Source: a virus (Duplodnaviria > Caudoviricetes). From it: DNA of 64,000 nt. Below the pieces are notes generated by a model. It ran no database searches. It was not told where the DNA came from and saw only the letters and a program-made list of their open reading frames with translations. The stretch's first letter is position 1. Every line of letters begins with the position of its first letter. Made by a program: the position numbers and the translations under genes. Positions 9,152 through 18,505 of the stretch are shown here, piece after piece. The stretch lies in IMG/VR virus record IMGVR_UViG_3300046710_000261, positions 91,949-155,948 of that record; one strand, 5' to 3'.

Positions 9152-11083
9152 ATGGGTGATCAGATGCCGATAAAGAAAGAGGTATTCGCGGGTATAAAAG
9201 AACTGGGAGAGAAAGAACCTAATACTTGGGTTTATTTGATCGGTGATGGTAAGACGGTCAGCTCTTTCAAAAAACTAACAGAATTTTCTGCTGTTCCAGC
9301 AGGGAATAAAATCATGGGAAAAATGCTGGCCGGCAGGGCAAACACCACAAAGGAAATAGAGTTGAAAAATTCTGAAAAGAAAGATGAAATCAGTCCTTCA
9401 GCCCCAAAAGAAGAAGTTAGAACATATACTGCCCATAGAGCAGGATTTCAGACATTTAAGGGGGGAAAATTGGCAAGCGAAGCAGATTCGTGGGAAGTCA
9501 AGCTGGATTGTGTAACTTCTTGTAGCAAAGCACCATCGGAAAAGGAAGTCAAACTTCAGCCTATTGTCAAAATGAAAATTGATTCCCTGATGAGTAAATA
9601 TAAAAATCAGGAATGGCTTGCTTATTATGTTGGGCCAAAAGACCAATATATTGTCAACGATTTGGTAATTCCAGAGCAAAAGGCATCTTCTGCCCATGTA
9701 GGAGAGGTTGAATATTCCGTTCCAGAAGGTCAATGCGTTGTTGGAGTAATTCATTCCCATCACAGCATGTTTAAGGATTTTTCAGGAACAGATGATGCCT
9801 GGATTAATCAAAACCACAATATCAGTACAGTTGTTACTCATACGGGAAGCAAGACCCGTTGCAGAGTAAAAACTCCTTGTGGTTCATTGATAATTGTTCC
9901 AGGTAAACTGAAGATGCTTTACAATGTTGAATTTGACGAAACTGAATTTATCAAACTCGCAGAAGAGAAAATCAATCCACCAACTACAGTATATAGTCAA
10001 CCAGCACATGGGGTTTACGGACCTGAAATGTATGGCGACTATGACGCTAACTTTTTTCGGAACGGGGGGAGTGAAGAAGGACAAAAGTCTTCCACAACCT
10101 CCCCCACATCTGACGAAAAAACAACTGAAGAAGTGGAAAAAGAGACAAAGAAGAGTGATGAGACAACAGAAAAATTGGAAATGAACTGTCTCCATTACAT
10201 GGATAATAAAGGATGCTCAAATAACAAGATTACAGGGCCATATTGCACCTATTTCAATGGCTGTCCTCAATTCGAAAATAAGAATGGTGAGGTAGTAGAT
10301 GAACAATCGAAGAAATGCTCTGATTATTACACAGCAGCACAATCATCTACAAAACCTCACGGGTGCCACAATAGAAATGTCACGGGTGTTGAATGTATAG
10401 GAAGAGGAAAGTGTGGAGTTTTCAGTTATAAATTCACACCACCTTCGCCCACTCCTACTCTCGTCTCTGGCAATTCTGCAAAATTGTGTTATTATTTCTC
10501 AAAAGGCGATTGCCGCCACAATAAAGTAATGTCGAAGAAATGTTTGGGATGGTCTGCATGCGGAACGAACTTTTCCCCCAACAGAAAAATAGCGCAAGGA
10601 AATGGTAGTGGAAGTGATGATGAATCCATTACCTGCAAACATTATTTTGTTACAAATGAAAGTCCAGCAGGAAGATGCCGTAACCAAAAGGTATCGGGTT
10701 TATTCTGCATAGGAAAAGATGATTGTAAATCCTATGAAAAACTTGGACCAATTGTTCATATTCCAGTTGCGAATAAAGATGAATGGAATACAAACACACC
10801 AACATCTTCTATATCCGCAAAGAGAAACAAATATGAAGTAACATACAAAGGTATAGGAAAAGATGCCAAGGAAAACACATTTATCATTGATGGGGAAACA
10901 GAAGAGATAGCAAAAGGTCAATTCTCTAAAATCTTTATTCCCAAAGATTATGAATTTGTGAGCATAAAAATAATGGAAGATGCCCCCGCATCTATCAAGC
11001 CCACTGTTCCTGTAGTAGAATCGAAAGTAACAGAAAGTGGAATACAACCGCAACCAATACAGGAGTTCCCAGTAGTAGAATAA
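9152..11083 (+). CDS. JAB/MPN+ metallopeptidase with C-terminal Cys-rich repeats
   Basis: EWLAY...GVIHSHH...FSGTD (JAMM E-xn-HxH-x7-S-xx-D). Confidence 0.88.
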   Translation: MGDQMPIKKEVFAGIKELGEKEPNTWVYLIGDGKTVSSFKKLTEFSAVPAGNKIMGKMLAGRANTTKEIELKNSEKKDEISPSAPKEEVRTYTAHRAGFQTFKGGKLASEADSWEVKLDCVTSCSKAPSEKEVKLQPIVKMKIDSLMSKYKNQEWLAYYVGPKDQYIVNDLVIPEQKASSAHVGEVEYSVPEGQCVVGVIHSHHSMFKDFSGTDDAWINQNHNISTVVTHTGSKTRCRVKTPCGSLIIVPGKLKMLYNVEFDETEFIKLAEEKINPPTTVYSQPAHGVYGPEMYGDYDANFFRNGGSEEGQKSSTTSPTSDEKTTEEVEKETKKSDETTEKLEMNCLHYMDNKGCSNNKITGPYCTYFNGCPQFENKNGEVVDEQSKKCSDYYTAAQSSTKPHGCHNRNVTGVECIGRGKCGVFSYKFTPPSPTPTLVSGNSAKLCYYFSKGDCRHNKVMSKKCLGWSACGTNFSPNRKIAQGNGSGSDDESITCKHYFVTNESPAGRCRNQKVSGLFCIGKDDCKSYEKLGPIVHIPVANKDEWNTNTPTSSISAKRNKYEVTYKGIGKDAKENTFIIDGETEEIAKGQFSKIFIPKDYEFVSIKIMEDAPASIKPTVPVVESKVTESGIQPQPIQEFPVVE

Positions 11084-11114
11084 GAAGTCCATCTTATCTA
11101 AATCATAACTCCAA

Positions 11115-11155
11115 TAAGACCATCTTAGAGATTTTTCTTTAAGATGGTTTTTTTA
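11115..11155 (+). terminator. Intrinsic terminator closing the Ubl locus
   Basis: ACCATCTTAGAGA...TCTTTAAGATGGT plus T-run. Confidence 0.7.
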
Positions 11156-11168
11156 TGCTCACAGAATT

Positions 11169-11176
11169 TATAAATA
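11169..11176 (+). promoter_or_regulatory. T4-type late promoter
   Basis: TATAAATA upstream of the 11.3-21.6 kb array. Confidence 0.55.
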
Positions 11177-11342
11177 ATATTGGATAAAAGGAATGTTATA
11201 AAAAGTGAAGTATAAAAGGGAAATAAAACATTCAAAAACACATTATAATAATAATATGTATCACGACCGGCTGTGATAAATCTATTGTAGCATGTACGAA
11301 GGGAATTGTAAACATACTTTTTTAATGGGAGTTAAATTATAT

Positions 11343-11771
11343 ATGATAAAAGATTATATTTTAGATAAAGATGATAAATCAGTTCGTGGATCATTTATTA
11401 ATGGTATGATAACTATTTCAATTCTGGCTTGTACGGTATATGGATTATTATTTAGTGATCTTGTAACTGTTCGACTTGAGAAGTTAGCGACTTTTATTAT
11501 TGGATTTTTTACATCAAGTTACGGTCTGTGGAGTTTAAAGAAACATATGGATAGTAGATTAAACTCAGCAGAAAATATTGCTAATATAGAACAAGGAAAT
11601 GTGCTTCCTAAAACACCTTCTCCTGTTCCAGGCCAGCCCCCACAACCTGTTGTTTATCAACAACCTCCTGATGCTTCTTGTGTTACTCAACCAGTAGGTT
11701 ATGATCCAGGCCCAGGGGTTGTAAGCGAAGATGGTGTAAAGCCTCCTGGTGTTCTAAAGATTGATGGTTAA
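11343..11771 (+). CDS. Two-TM membrane protein with Pro-rich tail (possible holin)
   Basis: Two hydrophobic segments, then a PQ-rich tail. Confidence 0.5.
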   Translation: MIKDYILDKDDKSVRGSFINGMITISILACTVYGLLFSDLVTVRLEKLATFIIGFFTSSYGLWSLKKHMDSRLNSAENIANIEQGNVLPKTPSPVPGQPPQPVVYQQPPDASCVTQPVGYDPGPGVVSEDGVKPPGVLKIDG

Positions 11772-11774
11772 AAT

Positions 11775-12599
11775 ATGAAATGGTTGGATTTTATTGCTCC
11801 TGAAATGAATATTGCTTATGAAGTAATGAATAATCTTTATTACTTCAACAAAAGACTTTTTGATGCTGCGAGAAGATGTAATTTTTCTATTTCCTCATTA
11901 GGAGAAATTGGTGATACAAAAAACCATATTTACCTATTGAAACGACCAAAGGTAAATGGTGGAAACGGTCTTATTACATCGGGATTTCATGGAAATGAAA
12001 TTGCTGGCCCTTGGGGCGTCGTGAGGTTTTTAGAAAATACCGATTTGAATATATTTGACAATATAAACGTTTCAATTATTCCCCTAGTAAATCCCATGGG
12101 GTTTAGAATGAATATGAGGCATGGGGGATATGGTGACGATTCTAACAGGGGATATATAAAAACTGATGATATACAACATATTCCTCAATTGTCTAAAGAA
12201 GGAGAGATTTTGAGGTCACACGGGGCTATCTATAAAGACTTGGCCAAGGATGGGTTGATATGTCTCCACGAGAATCCTGGATACGATTTTGACTATTTCA
12301 TATACGGATATGAAAAATCGGCAGAACCAGGAAATTTCACCAATCTATTCAGAGACATAGAAACCAAATATTTCCTTCCTTTTGGATTTGGTGAATCTCC
12401 AAGTAAATGCGATGCCGTGATTGATTCGATTGTTTTCAAAAGATTTGATGGTGGATTTCAGGATTGGCTTTTTAGAGAGGGCATGACAGACAGGGCCGTT
12501 GTTACGGAAACTCCTGGAAATCAACCATTGGAAAAACGATTGAAGTGTAATGTTGAGATGATTGAAGCATTCATAAATTGGATACGAGATAATACATGA
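11775..12599 (+). CDS. M14-family metallocarboxypeptidase (AstE/AspA-like)
   Basis: GFHGNE, VNPMG, DSNR, CLHE, TETP. Confidence 0.85.
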   Translation: MKWLDFIAPEMNIAYEVMNNLYYFNKRLFDAARRCNFSISSLGEIGDTKNHIYLLKRPKVNGGNGLITSGFHGNEIAGPWGVVRFLENTDLNIFDNINVSIIPLVNPMGFRMNMRHGGYGDDSNRGYIKTDDIQHIPQLSKEGEILRSHGAIYKDLAKDGLICLHENPGYDFDYFIYGYEKSAEPGNFTNLFRDIETKYFLPFGFGESPSKCDAVIDSIVFKRFDGGFQDWLFREGMTDRAVVTETPGNQPLEKRLKCNVEMIEAFINWIRDNT

Positions 12600-13225
12600 G
12601 ACTAAATGAATTTTTAAGTAAAGAAGATTTTTCAAAGAAATCAGAAGAAATATGCGATATATTAAGAAAAGAATGCTTTGATTTTATCGTGGAATCCAAA
12701 GGTCAATCTCTTTATAGGGCAACATATCAGCCTGTGAATCATTATAGATTATTTCAATCTCATGTTAAAAGCGGTCGTGAGCCAAGAAATACACCACCAG
12801 AGGTTCATGATTATTTGAATGACTTGTTTATAGAACATCTTGGATGGAAGGAACGAGATGGTGTTTCTACAATGGGGCATGAATCTGGTTATTATGGTTA
12901 TGCGTATTTGTTTTTTCCTGTAGGCGAATATCAGTATGCTTGGGCAGATGATATTTATGATATATATATTAAAATAAATGATATTGCTGATGAGGTTACG
13001 GGCCAGAGATCTATTCCTCATCTCTTCTTTTTGGATAAGTATAAGGAAGAAGCAAAAATAAGATTACAACAATTAGTGAAATCATATAACGATGATAGAC
13101 TTGCAGAAGCAATTCATCAAGATGCGGAAGTAGTTTTTAATTGTAAAGAATATTATCTTGTCAGTCAAGTGTATTTGGAAGATATAAGAAAAGCTATGAA
13201 GGTTAGGAAGAAATATATAAAGTAG
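12596..13225 (+). CDS. ART-like paralog (subfamily A), MRL leader
   Basis: LYRA...R.P...GW..RDGVST...YG..YLFFP...AEVVFNC. Confidence 0.55.
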   Translation: MRLNEFLSKEDFSKKSEEICDILRKECFDFIVESKGQSLYRATYQPVNHYRLFQSHVKSGREPRNTPPEVHDYLNDLFIEHLGWKERDGVSTMGHESGYYGYAYLFFPVGEYQYAWADDIYDIYIKINDIADEVTGQRSIPHLFFLDKYKEEAKIRLQQLVKSYNDDRLAEAIHQDAEVVFNCKEYYLVSQVYLEDIRKAMKVRKKYIK

Positions 13226-13236
13226 AGGGATTATAG

Positions 13237-13815
13237 ATGAGATTGAATGAATTTATATCAGAAAAAATGATGGATTTTCCTCATGTAAGGCAGAGCACAA
13301 ATTACTCTTGTGGTGCAGCCGCTGTTCAATCAGTTATAGCATATTATGAAAACGATATGCCGAGAGAAACCGAAGTGATGAAATGGCTTCATACCGTTCC
13401 CTGTGATGTGATGAATATCGGCTCGGCAATTCAATCCGTTATATCTTTTCTAACAGAGCGTGGATATACTCTTGAACATAAGGAATATTTTACTATAGAA
13501 GAGGTTGTTCAATATATTCAACGGGACATTCCTGTAATTGTCCTGATGCAAGCATGGGCAGAGCAAAGACCAAAAGACTATTCTATGACATATACCGATG
13601 GTCACTATATTGTTGCTATCGGTTATAACTTATTTCAGAAGAGATTATTTTTCGCCGACCCGTCTTTGGAAACAAGGGGATGGCTGGATTTTGATGAATT
13701 GAATGCGAGATGGCATGCAGTTGACGAAACAGGGAAAAAAGTAGAACATTATGGTTTTGCAGTTTCAGGAAAGAAACCAAATTTCAGTAATAAGGTAATT
13801 AAAAAAATAGAATGA
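13237..13815 (+). CDS. C39-like cysteine peptidase, MRL leader
   Basis: RQSTNYSCGAA, GHYIVAIGY, FADPS. Confidence 0.88.
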   Translation: MRLNEFISEKMMDFPHVRQSTNYSCGAAAVQSVIAYYENDMPRETEVMKWLHTVPCDVMNIGSAIQSVISFLTERGYTLEHKEYFTIEEVVQYIQRDIPVIVLMQAWAEQRPKDYSMTYTDGHYIVAIGYNLFQKRLFFADPSLETRGWLDFDELNARWHAVDETGKKVEHYGFAVSGKKPNFSNKVIKKIE

Positions 13816-14615
13816 GACTAAACAATTATTTGGAAGAAGAAAGACGAAGCAGAAGTGTTAGTGTTACGACGAAATGGGTGAAAGATTTCATTTCTCATAA
13901 TGATAATTCTGTTGAATCTTCTTCATTATATAGAGGCATCAAAGGGGCAACAGAACCATATTATTTTACAGACCCATCTAAAGGGGAGAGAGGTTCACGA
14001 GACACCTTTATATTCTATGTGTTAATGATGGATAATTTTCCAGAATGGAAGGAATATCCAAAACGAAGCAAATCAATTATTATGGGAACGAGTGATGATG
14101 TTGCCTATTCTTATGGTACGGCTATATATAGAGTTTTTCCAGTAAATAATGCTAAAATAGCAATCTCCCCGAAATTTGATGTGTGGTCTGCTTTTGTCTT
14201 TTCTCTTGGCTCGGGAATTGAAACTTTTAGCATTGAATTGAATACTATTTTTGGTCTTTTTCGCGAAGAGATACACAAGGAACAAAAAATAACATATGAA
14301 GAATTATTGAAAAAATTTAGTATCGCGGATAGGCCCAGAAATAAAGAAAGAATTAAAACATATTATCAAGAAATGAGTTTAGGCTTAATGCGCAGTAAAA
14401 TATTTCATGATAAATCTGAATATATCAATACACCTAAACTTAAATTAGTGGATGTTTTGAGAGAAAAAATTAGTCCTAAAAATAACAATTTTGAATTGAT
14501 AACTCTGAATAAACATATGATTCTTCCTCCCAGACGGGAAGCGTGGACGGATAGTGAATGTGTTCTGGTGAGCGTAAATTCTTTAAAAAATATTTTAGAT
14601 CCATCATTGCTTTGA
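13812..14615 (+). CDS. ART-like paralog (subfamily B), MRL leader
   Basis: LYRG...YPKRSKSII.GTS...YG..YRVFP...REAWTDS. Confidence 0.55.
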   Translation: MRLNNYLEEERRSRSVSVTTKWVKDFISHNDNSVESSSLYRGIKGATEPYYFTDPSKGERGSRDTFIFYVLMMDNFPEWKEYPKRSKSIIMGTSDDVAYSYGTAIYRVFPVNNAKIAISPKFDVWSAFVFSLGSGIETFSIELNTIFGLFREEIHKEQKITYEELLKKFSIADRPRNKERIKTYYQEMSLGLMRSKIFHDKSEYINTPKLKLVDVLREKISPKNNNFELITLNKHMILPPRREAWTDSECVLVSVNSLKNILDPSLL

Positions 14616-14625
14616 GGGTTTTTAG

Positions 14626-15417
14626 ATGAGATTAAATAATTATATATTGGAAGATAAAGCAGATAAGTATACAATGATTTCTGAAAAGAAAGCAATGGAA
14701 ATAGTCAAGGCCAAATGTTCCGATGCCCATAATAGTGATACGAGATTATTTAGGGGATTGAATAGAACCGATCCCGCCTTTATCTATAAGCCATCATTAT
14801 CACCGAGACATTCAAAAATTAGAATAGAATTTTTGATGTTACTTGCCGACAATCTTCCATCATGGAAAGAATATCCAAAAAGGTCATTATCTATTTCTAC
14901 TATAACAGGGAAGATGGGGCCAGGTGAATTTGGTAGTGTTTTATATAGAGTGTATCCTTTTAATGGGGCGAAATTGGCGGTCTGCCCAGCAATAGATTTT
15001 AATCAGGGTTCATTTAAGAAATCTTTGGGTGATATAGGTGAAGCAAGACTATTATATTATCTTCAAGATATATTTGACAAAATTTTTAATTTGAAGGGGA
15101 ACATAGAAAAATGGACAGACTTTGTTAAAGTTTTAAGTCTATGTGATAAGAATAAAGATAAGATTGAGAAGTGGTATAGAACAACACAGCCAGAATTGGT
15201 ACAAAAATATTTTATAGACCATGTAAAATATTTTGGTAGGAATATCAGTTTTTTGGATGCTCTTGATGAAGCACTTGACCCTAAAAAGAATGGATTTCGT
15301 ATTGCTAATATCAAAACACAAATTCCAGAGGGGAAGGAAGTGTGGACAGATTCGGATTGTGTTCTTATTTTTAAAGGAAAAGCAGAACGCCGAGGATTTT
15401 CGGAGTTGATAAAATGA
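14626..15417 (+). CDS. ART-like paralog (subfamily B), MRL leader
   Basis: LFRG...YPKRSLSIST...YRVYP...KEVWTDS. Confidence 0.55.
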   Translation: MRLNNYILEDKADKYTMISEKKAMEIVKAKCSDAHNSDTRLFRGLNRTDPAFIYKPSLSPRHSKIRIEFLMLLADNLPSWKEYPKRSLSISTITGKMGPGEFGSVLYRVYPFNGAKLAVCPAIDFNQGSFKKSLGDIGEARLLYYLQDIFDKIFNLKGNIEKWTDFVKVLSLCDKNKDKIEKWYRTTQPELVQKYFIDHVKYFGRNISFLDALDEALDPKKNGFRIANIKTQIPEGKEVWTDSDCVLIFKGKAERRGFSELIK

Positions 15418-16226
15418 GATTAGAAAATTATCTTGAAGAAAAAATAAAATATGATGATAAAACAAGGTCTTCAGTTTTGGATTTGGCAAAGGGCCGAGAA
15501 TTTATTTATTCATCTTGCTCTAAAGCACTTGATGCTCCTTATGCTATATATAGAGATTCGGCCACAACAGGAGATGTTCTTCTTGTGGAACCATCAAAAT
15601 ATGAAAGATATTCTGCCAATACTTTTAATTATTATACGTTGATGATAGATAATTTTCCAGAATGGCAAAAGTATCCCAAAAGAAGCAAATCAATCATTTG
15701 TTCTACAAACCCAATATATGCCGAAGCCTTTGGTGAAAACTTATATAAAGTGTTTCCTATTGATGGAGCAAGAATTGGAGTATGCCCTAATTCTGATATA
15801 TGGCCAACAAATATTGGTGGTAAAGCCCAATTGAGCGACCTTGTTGAAGCTATTGATGACTTATTGATTATTTTTTATAATAACATTTTACACGAGGCCA
15901 AACCCGAATTGATAGACAGGGATTATAATAAGTTTAAAAAAGCTATGGAACTTATTGATAAGAACTTTGAGAAATTTGCGCATGAGTACAAAAACACAGG
16001 GCAGGAATATTATTCTAAGAAATATTATTGTAAGATTTGGAATGAATTGAAATATTTTTCCAAGAAGGTCTCTTCTATTGATTTTTTGCGAAAGATTTTC
16101 AATCCAGAGACATGTAAATTTGAATTGAAAACATCTGGTGATTCTCTTCCTCTTGATAGAGAAGTCTGGATTGAAGATAAATCTGTTTTAGTCAACAGGG
16201 ATGTCTGGAAAAAAATATTTTATTAA
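15414..16226 (+). CDS. ART-like paralog (subfamily B), MRL leader
   Basis: IYRD...YPKRSKSIICST...YKVFP...REVW. Confidence 0.55.
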   Translation: MRLENYLEEKIKYDDKTRSSVLDLAKGREFIYSSCSKALDAPYAIYRDSATTGDVLLVEPSKYERYSANTFNYYTLMIDNFPEWQKYPKRSKSIICSTNPIYAEAFGENLYKVFPIDGARIGVCPNSDIWPTNIGGKAQLSDLVEAIDDLLIIFYNNILHEAKPELIDRDYNKFKKAMELIDKNFEKFAHEYKNTGQEYYSKKYYCKIWNELKYFSKKVSSIDFLRKIFNPETCKFELKTSGDSLPLDREVWIEDKSVLVNRDVWKKIFY

Positions 16227-16240
16227 AATGAGGGCCGATT

Positions 16241-16966
16241 ATGAGACTTGGTGGATTTATAGACGAAATAAATGAAACTGAATTAATTCAAGAAAGCATA
16301 AATGACTTGGGTATATTCAAAGCTGTTTTTATGGCAGGCTTCCCTGGCGCAGGGAAAACATATGTCTTGACAAAAGTTAAATCGGGACAAATTGAACCGC
16401 GAATGGTTAGTGTTGATAGATATGTTGAATTTAAAGATCCCAATGGTAAAGATTATATGGCGTTTTATGATAGATCAAAAACTGTAACAGCCACACAACT
16501 TCTTCTTTATATCAATTCTCTTCTTCCTCTTGCCGTTGATGTTACATCTTCAAAGTCAACCACGGTTATCAGAAGATATAATATTCTGGAAAATTTGGGT
16601 TATGATATGGGTATGATATTTGTAAATACTTCTGCCGAAACATCATGGGAGAGGATACAGCAAAGATCAAGAAAAGTTGATCGAGATAGTTTTTTAAGAT
16701 ACTATGATCAAATCCAAAAAACGAAGGAATTTCTAAAAGGTAAATTTCCATTTTATATAGAAGCGAAGAACGATACGGGGGAATTGACTGATGAGGTTGT
16801 TTTAGGATCATATAAGAAGGTTTCATATTTTTATGAATCAAGTATAAAAAATCCAATTGGCCAGGGTTATTATAATTTAATGAAAAGTTATGGCTGGAAA
16901 TATTTTACTCCCAATGTAATGCCCATGGCAGAATTGAAAAGTAAGATTGCTGATTGGTATAAATGA
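16241..16966 (+). CDS. P-loop kinase (AAA_33 / zeta-toxin-like), MRL leader
   Basis: KAVFMAGFPGAGKT, IFVNTS, R...RSRKV. Confidence 0.8.
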   Translation: MRLGGFIDEINETELIQESINDLGIFKAVFMAGFPGAGKTYVLTKVKSGQIEPRMVSVDRYVEFKDPNGKDYMAFYDRSKTVTATQLLLYINSLLPLAVDVTSSKSTTVIRRYNILENLGYDMGMIFVNTSAETSWERIQQRSRKVDRDSFLRYYDQIQKTKEFLKGKFPFYIEAKNDTGELTDEVVLGSYKKVSYFYESSIKNPIGQGYYNLMKSYGWKYFTPNVMPMAELKSKIADWYK

Positions 16967-16978
16967 TAGGAGATAAAA

Positions 16979-17530
16979 ATGACTTGTAAAAAATGTGAAA
17001 TTGATAAATTATGGACAGACGAATATTTTTATAGAAGGTCAGACAATGGAAGATTGAGAAAAATATGTAAAGAATGTGTTATTGATAATCAAAGACAATA
17101 TAATTTGAAACATAGAGATGAACAATTAAATTATCTACATTTATATTACGAGAATAATAAAGGAGAAATGATTAAACAAATTATACAATGTGAAAAAAAT
17201 CGTATTCAAAGTGATATACAATTCAAAGTAATTAAAAGATTAAGAAGTCGTATGTATTCAGCATTAAAAGGAAATTGGAAATTTGGTCATACAATTGAAT
17301 TACTTGGATGTTCTATTGATGAATTCAAAAAATATTTTAAAGAGAAATTTCAGCTTGGAATGAATTGGGATAATTATGGTAAATGGCATATTGATCATGT
17401 AAGACCATGTGCTTTATTTGATATGAGCAAAGAAGAAGAACAGAGAAAATGTTTTCATTATACCAATCTTCAACCATTGTGGGCAAAAGATAATATTTGT
17501 AAGGGAGGAAAAATAAAAAATGAAATTTAA
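16979..17530 (+). CDS. HNH homing endonuclease-like protein
   Basis: CxxC pairs; WHIDHVRPC...CFHYTNLQPLWAKDN. Confidence 0.85.
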   Translation: MTCKKCEIDKLWTDEYFYRRSDNGRLRKICKECVIDNQRQYNLKHRDEQLNYLHLYYENNKGEMIKQIIQCEKNRIQSDIQFKVIKRLRSRMYSALKGNWKFGHTIELLGCSIDEFKKYFKEKFQLGMNWDNYGKWHIDHVRPCALFDMSKEEEQRKCFHYTNLQPLWAKDNICKGGKIKNEI

Positions 17531-17882
17531 AGATTTTTATGAAAGACCCATTATGAAGAAAACGGAAGATATAGAAGAACGATTTGTTCTTTCTGAATCC
17601 ACCCATATAGAAAATACTGATATGGAGCACTTCAAAAAGGTATTGAAAAATCCTACACATGGAAAATATGTATTAAGGAGTTACAGGAATAATTATACTG
17701 ATGAAGAAAGAGAAGTAGACATTCTTGCTCTGGAAGGAAGAACAAGAATCGTGTTGACTTATAATGCTGATTTCTTGGAATTTACACAGGAAATGGTTGA
17801 TTTATGTGACGATTTAAATTATACCACCAAGTATGATAAAGAAAGACAAATAAACACACAAACTCTTACGATATATAAGTAA
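17520..17882 (+). CDS. Hypothetical protein, leader variant MKFKDFYE
   Basis: GGAGG RBS; coupled within array. Confidence 0.6.
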   Translation: MKFKDFYERPIMKKTEDIEERFVLSESTHIENTDMEHFKKVLKNPTHGKYVLRSYRNNYTDEEREVDILALEGRTRIVLTYNADFLEFTQEMVDLCDDLNYTTKYDKERQINTQTLTIYK

Positions 17883-17883
17883 A

Positions 17884-18501
17884 ATGAAAGCCAAAAGATA
17901 TATAGCAGAAGCAATAGCAGGTGATAGAGAAATACTTGATTTTGTCAAGAAACAATGCAGTAAATATCTTGCGGAATCAAAAGGTAATACTCTTTGGAGA
18001 GCGATTCCGCGTAGAATCAATAAGTATGAAGTTGTTCAATCGCATATTAGCAATAGGGCACCAATGAATGTTCCTTTGGAATTTCATCATTATCTCAATT
18101 CTATTTTTGAAGAAAAGTTTGGCTGGCCTGTTAGAAACGGAACATTTTCATATAGTGACAAAGAGAAAACATATTTTTATGGTCAGCCTTATATGTTTTT
18201 TCCGATTGGGGATTATAAGTTTGTATGGTCTCCTAATGTATCTGATCTTTTCGGTGCGTTATATTCTTTTATACCAAAAGAATATTTCGAACATTCAAGT
18301 TCTATGGGTGTATGGTGGAAAAAAAAGCCAGAAGAAGCAAAGAAAGTGGTGAGAACATTGTTAATAACATATACTGATAAAAATTTGGTTGAAGCAATAA
18401 AACACAGAGTTCATTTGGTAAGAGACGAAGGTTGCGAAATATCATTCAAATGTGGTAATTATGTTTTAGTGGACGAAGAATATCATTATTTATTTGCGTA
18501 A
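17884..18501 (+). CDS. ART-like paralog (subfamily A), leader MKAKRYIAE
   Basis: LWRA...KFGWPVRNGTFS...YG.PYMFFP.G.YKFVWSP...CEISFKC. Confidence 0.55.
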   Translation: MKAKRYIAEAIAGDREILDFVKKQCSKYLAESKGNTLWRAIPRRINKYEVVQSHISNRAPMNVPLEFHHYLNSIFEEKFGWPVRNGTFSYSDKEKTYFYGQPYMFFPIGDYKFVWSPNVSDLFGALYSFIPKEYFEHSSSMGVWWKKKPEEAKKVVRTLLITYTDKNLVEAIKHRVHLVRDEGCEISFKCGNYVLVDEEYHYLFA

Positions 18502-18505
18502 AAAT

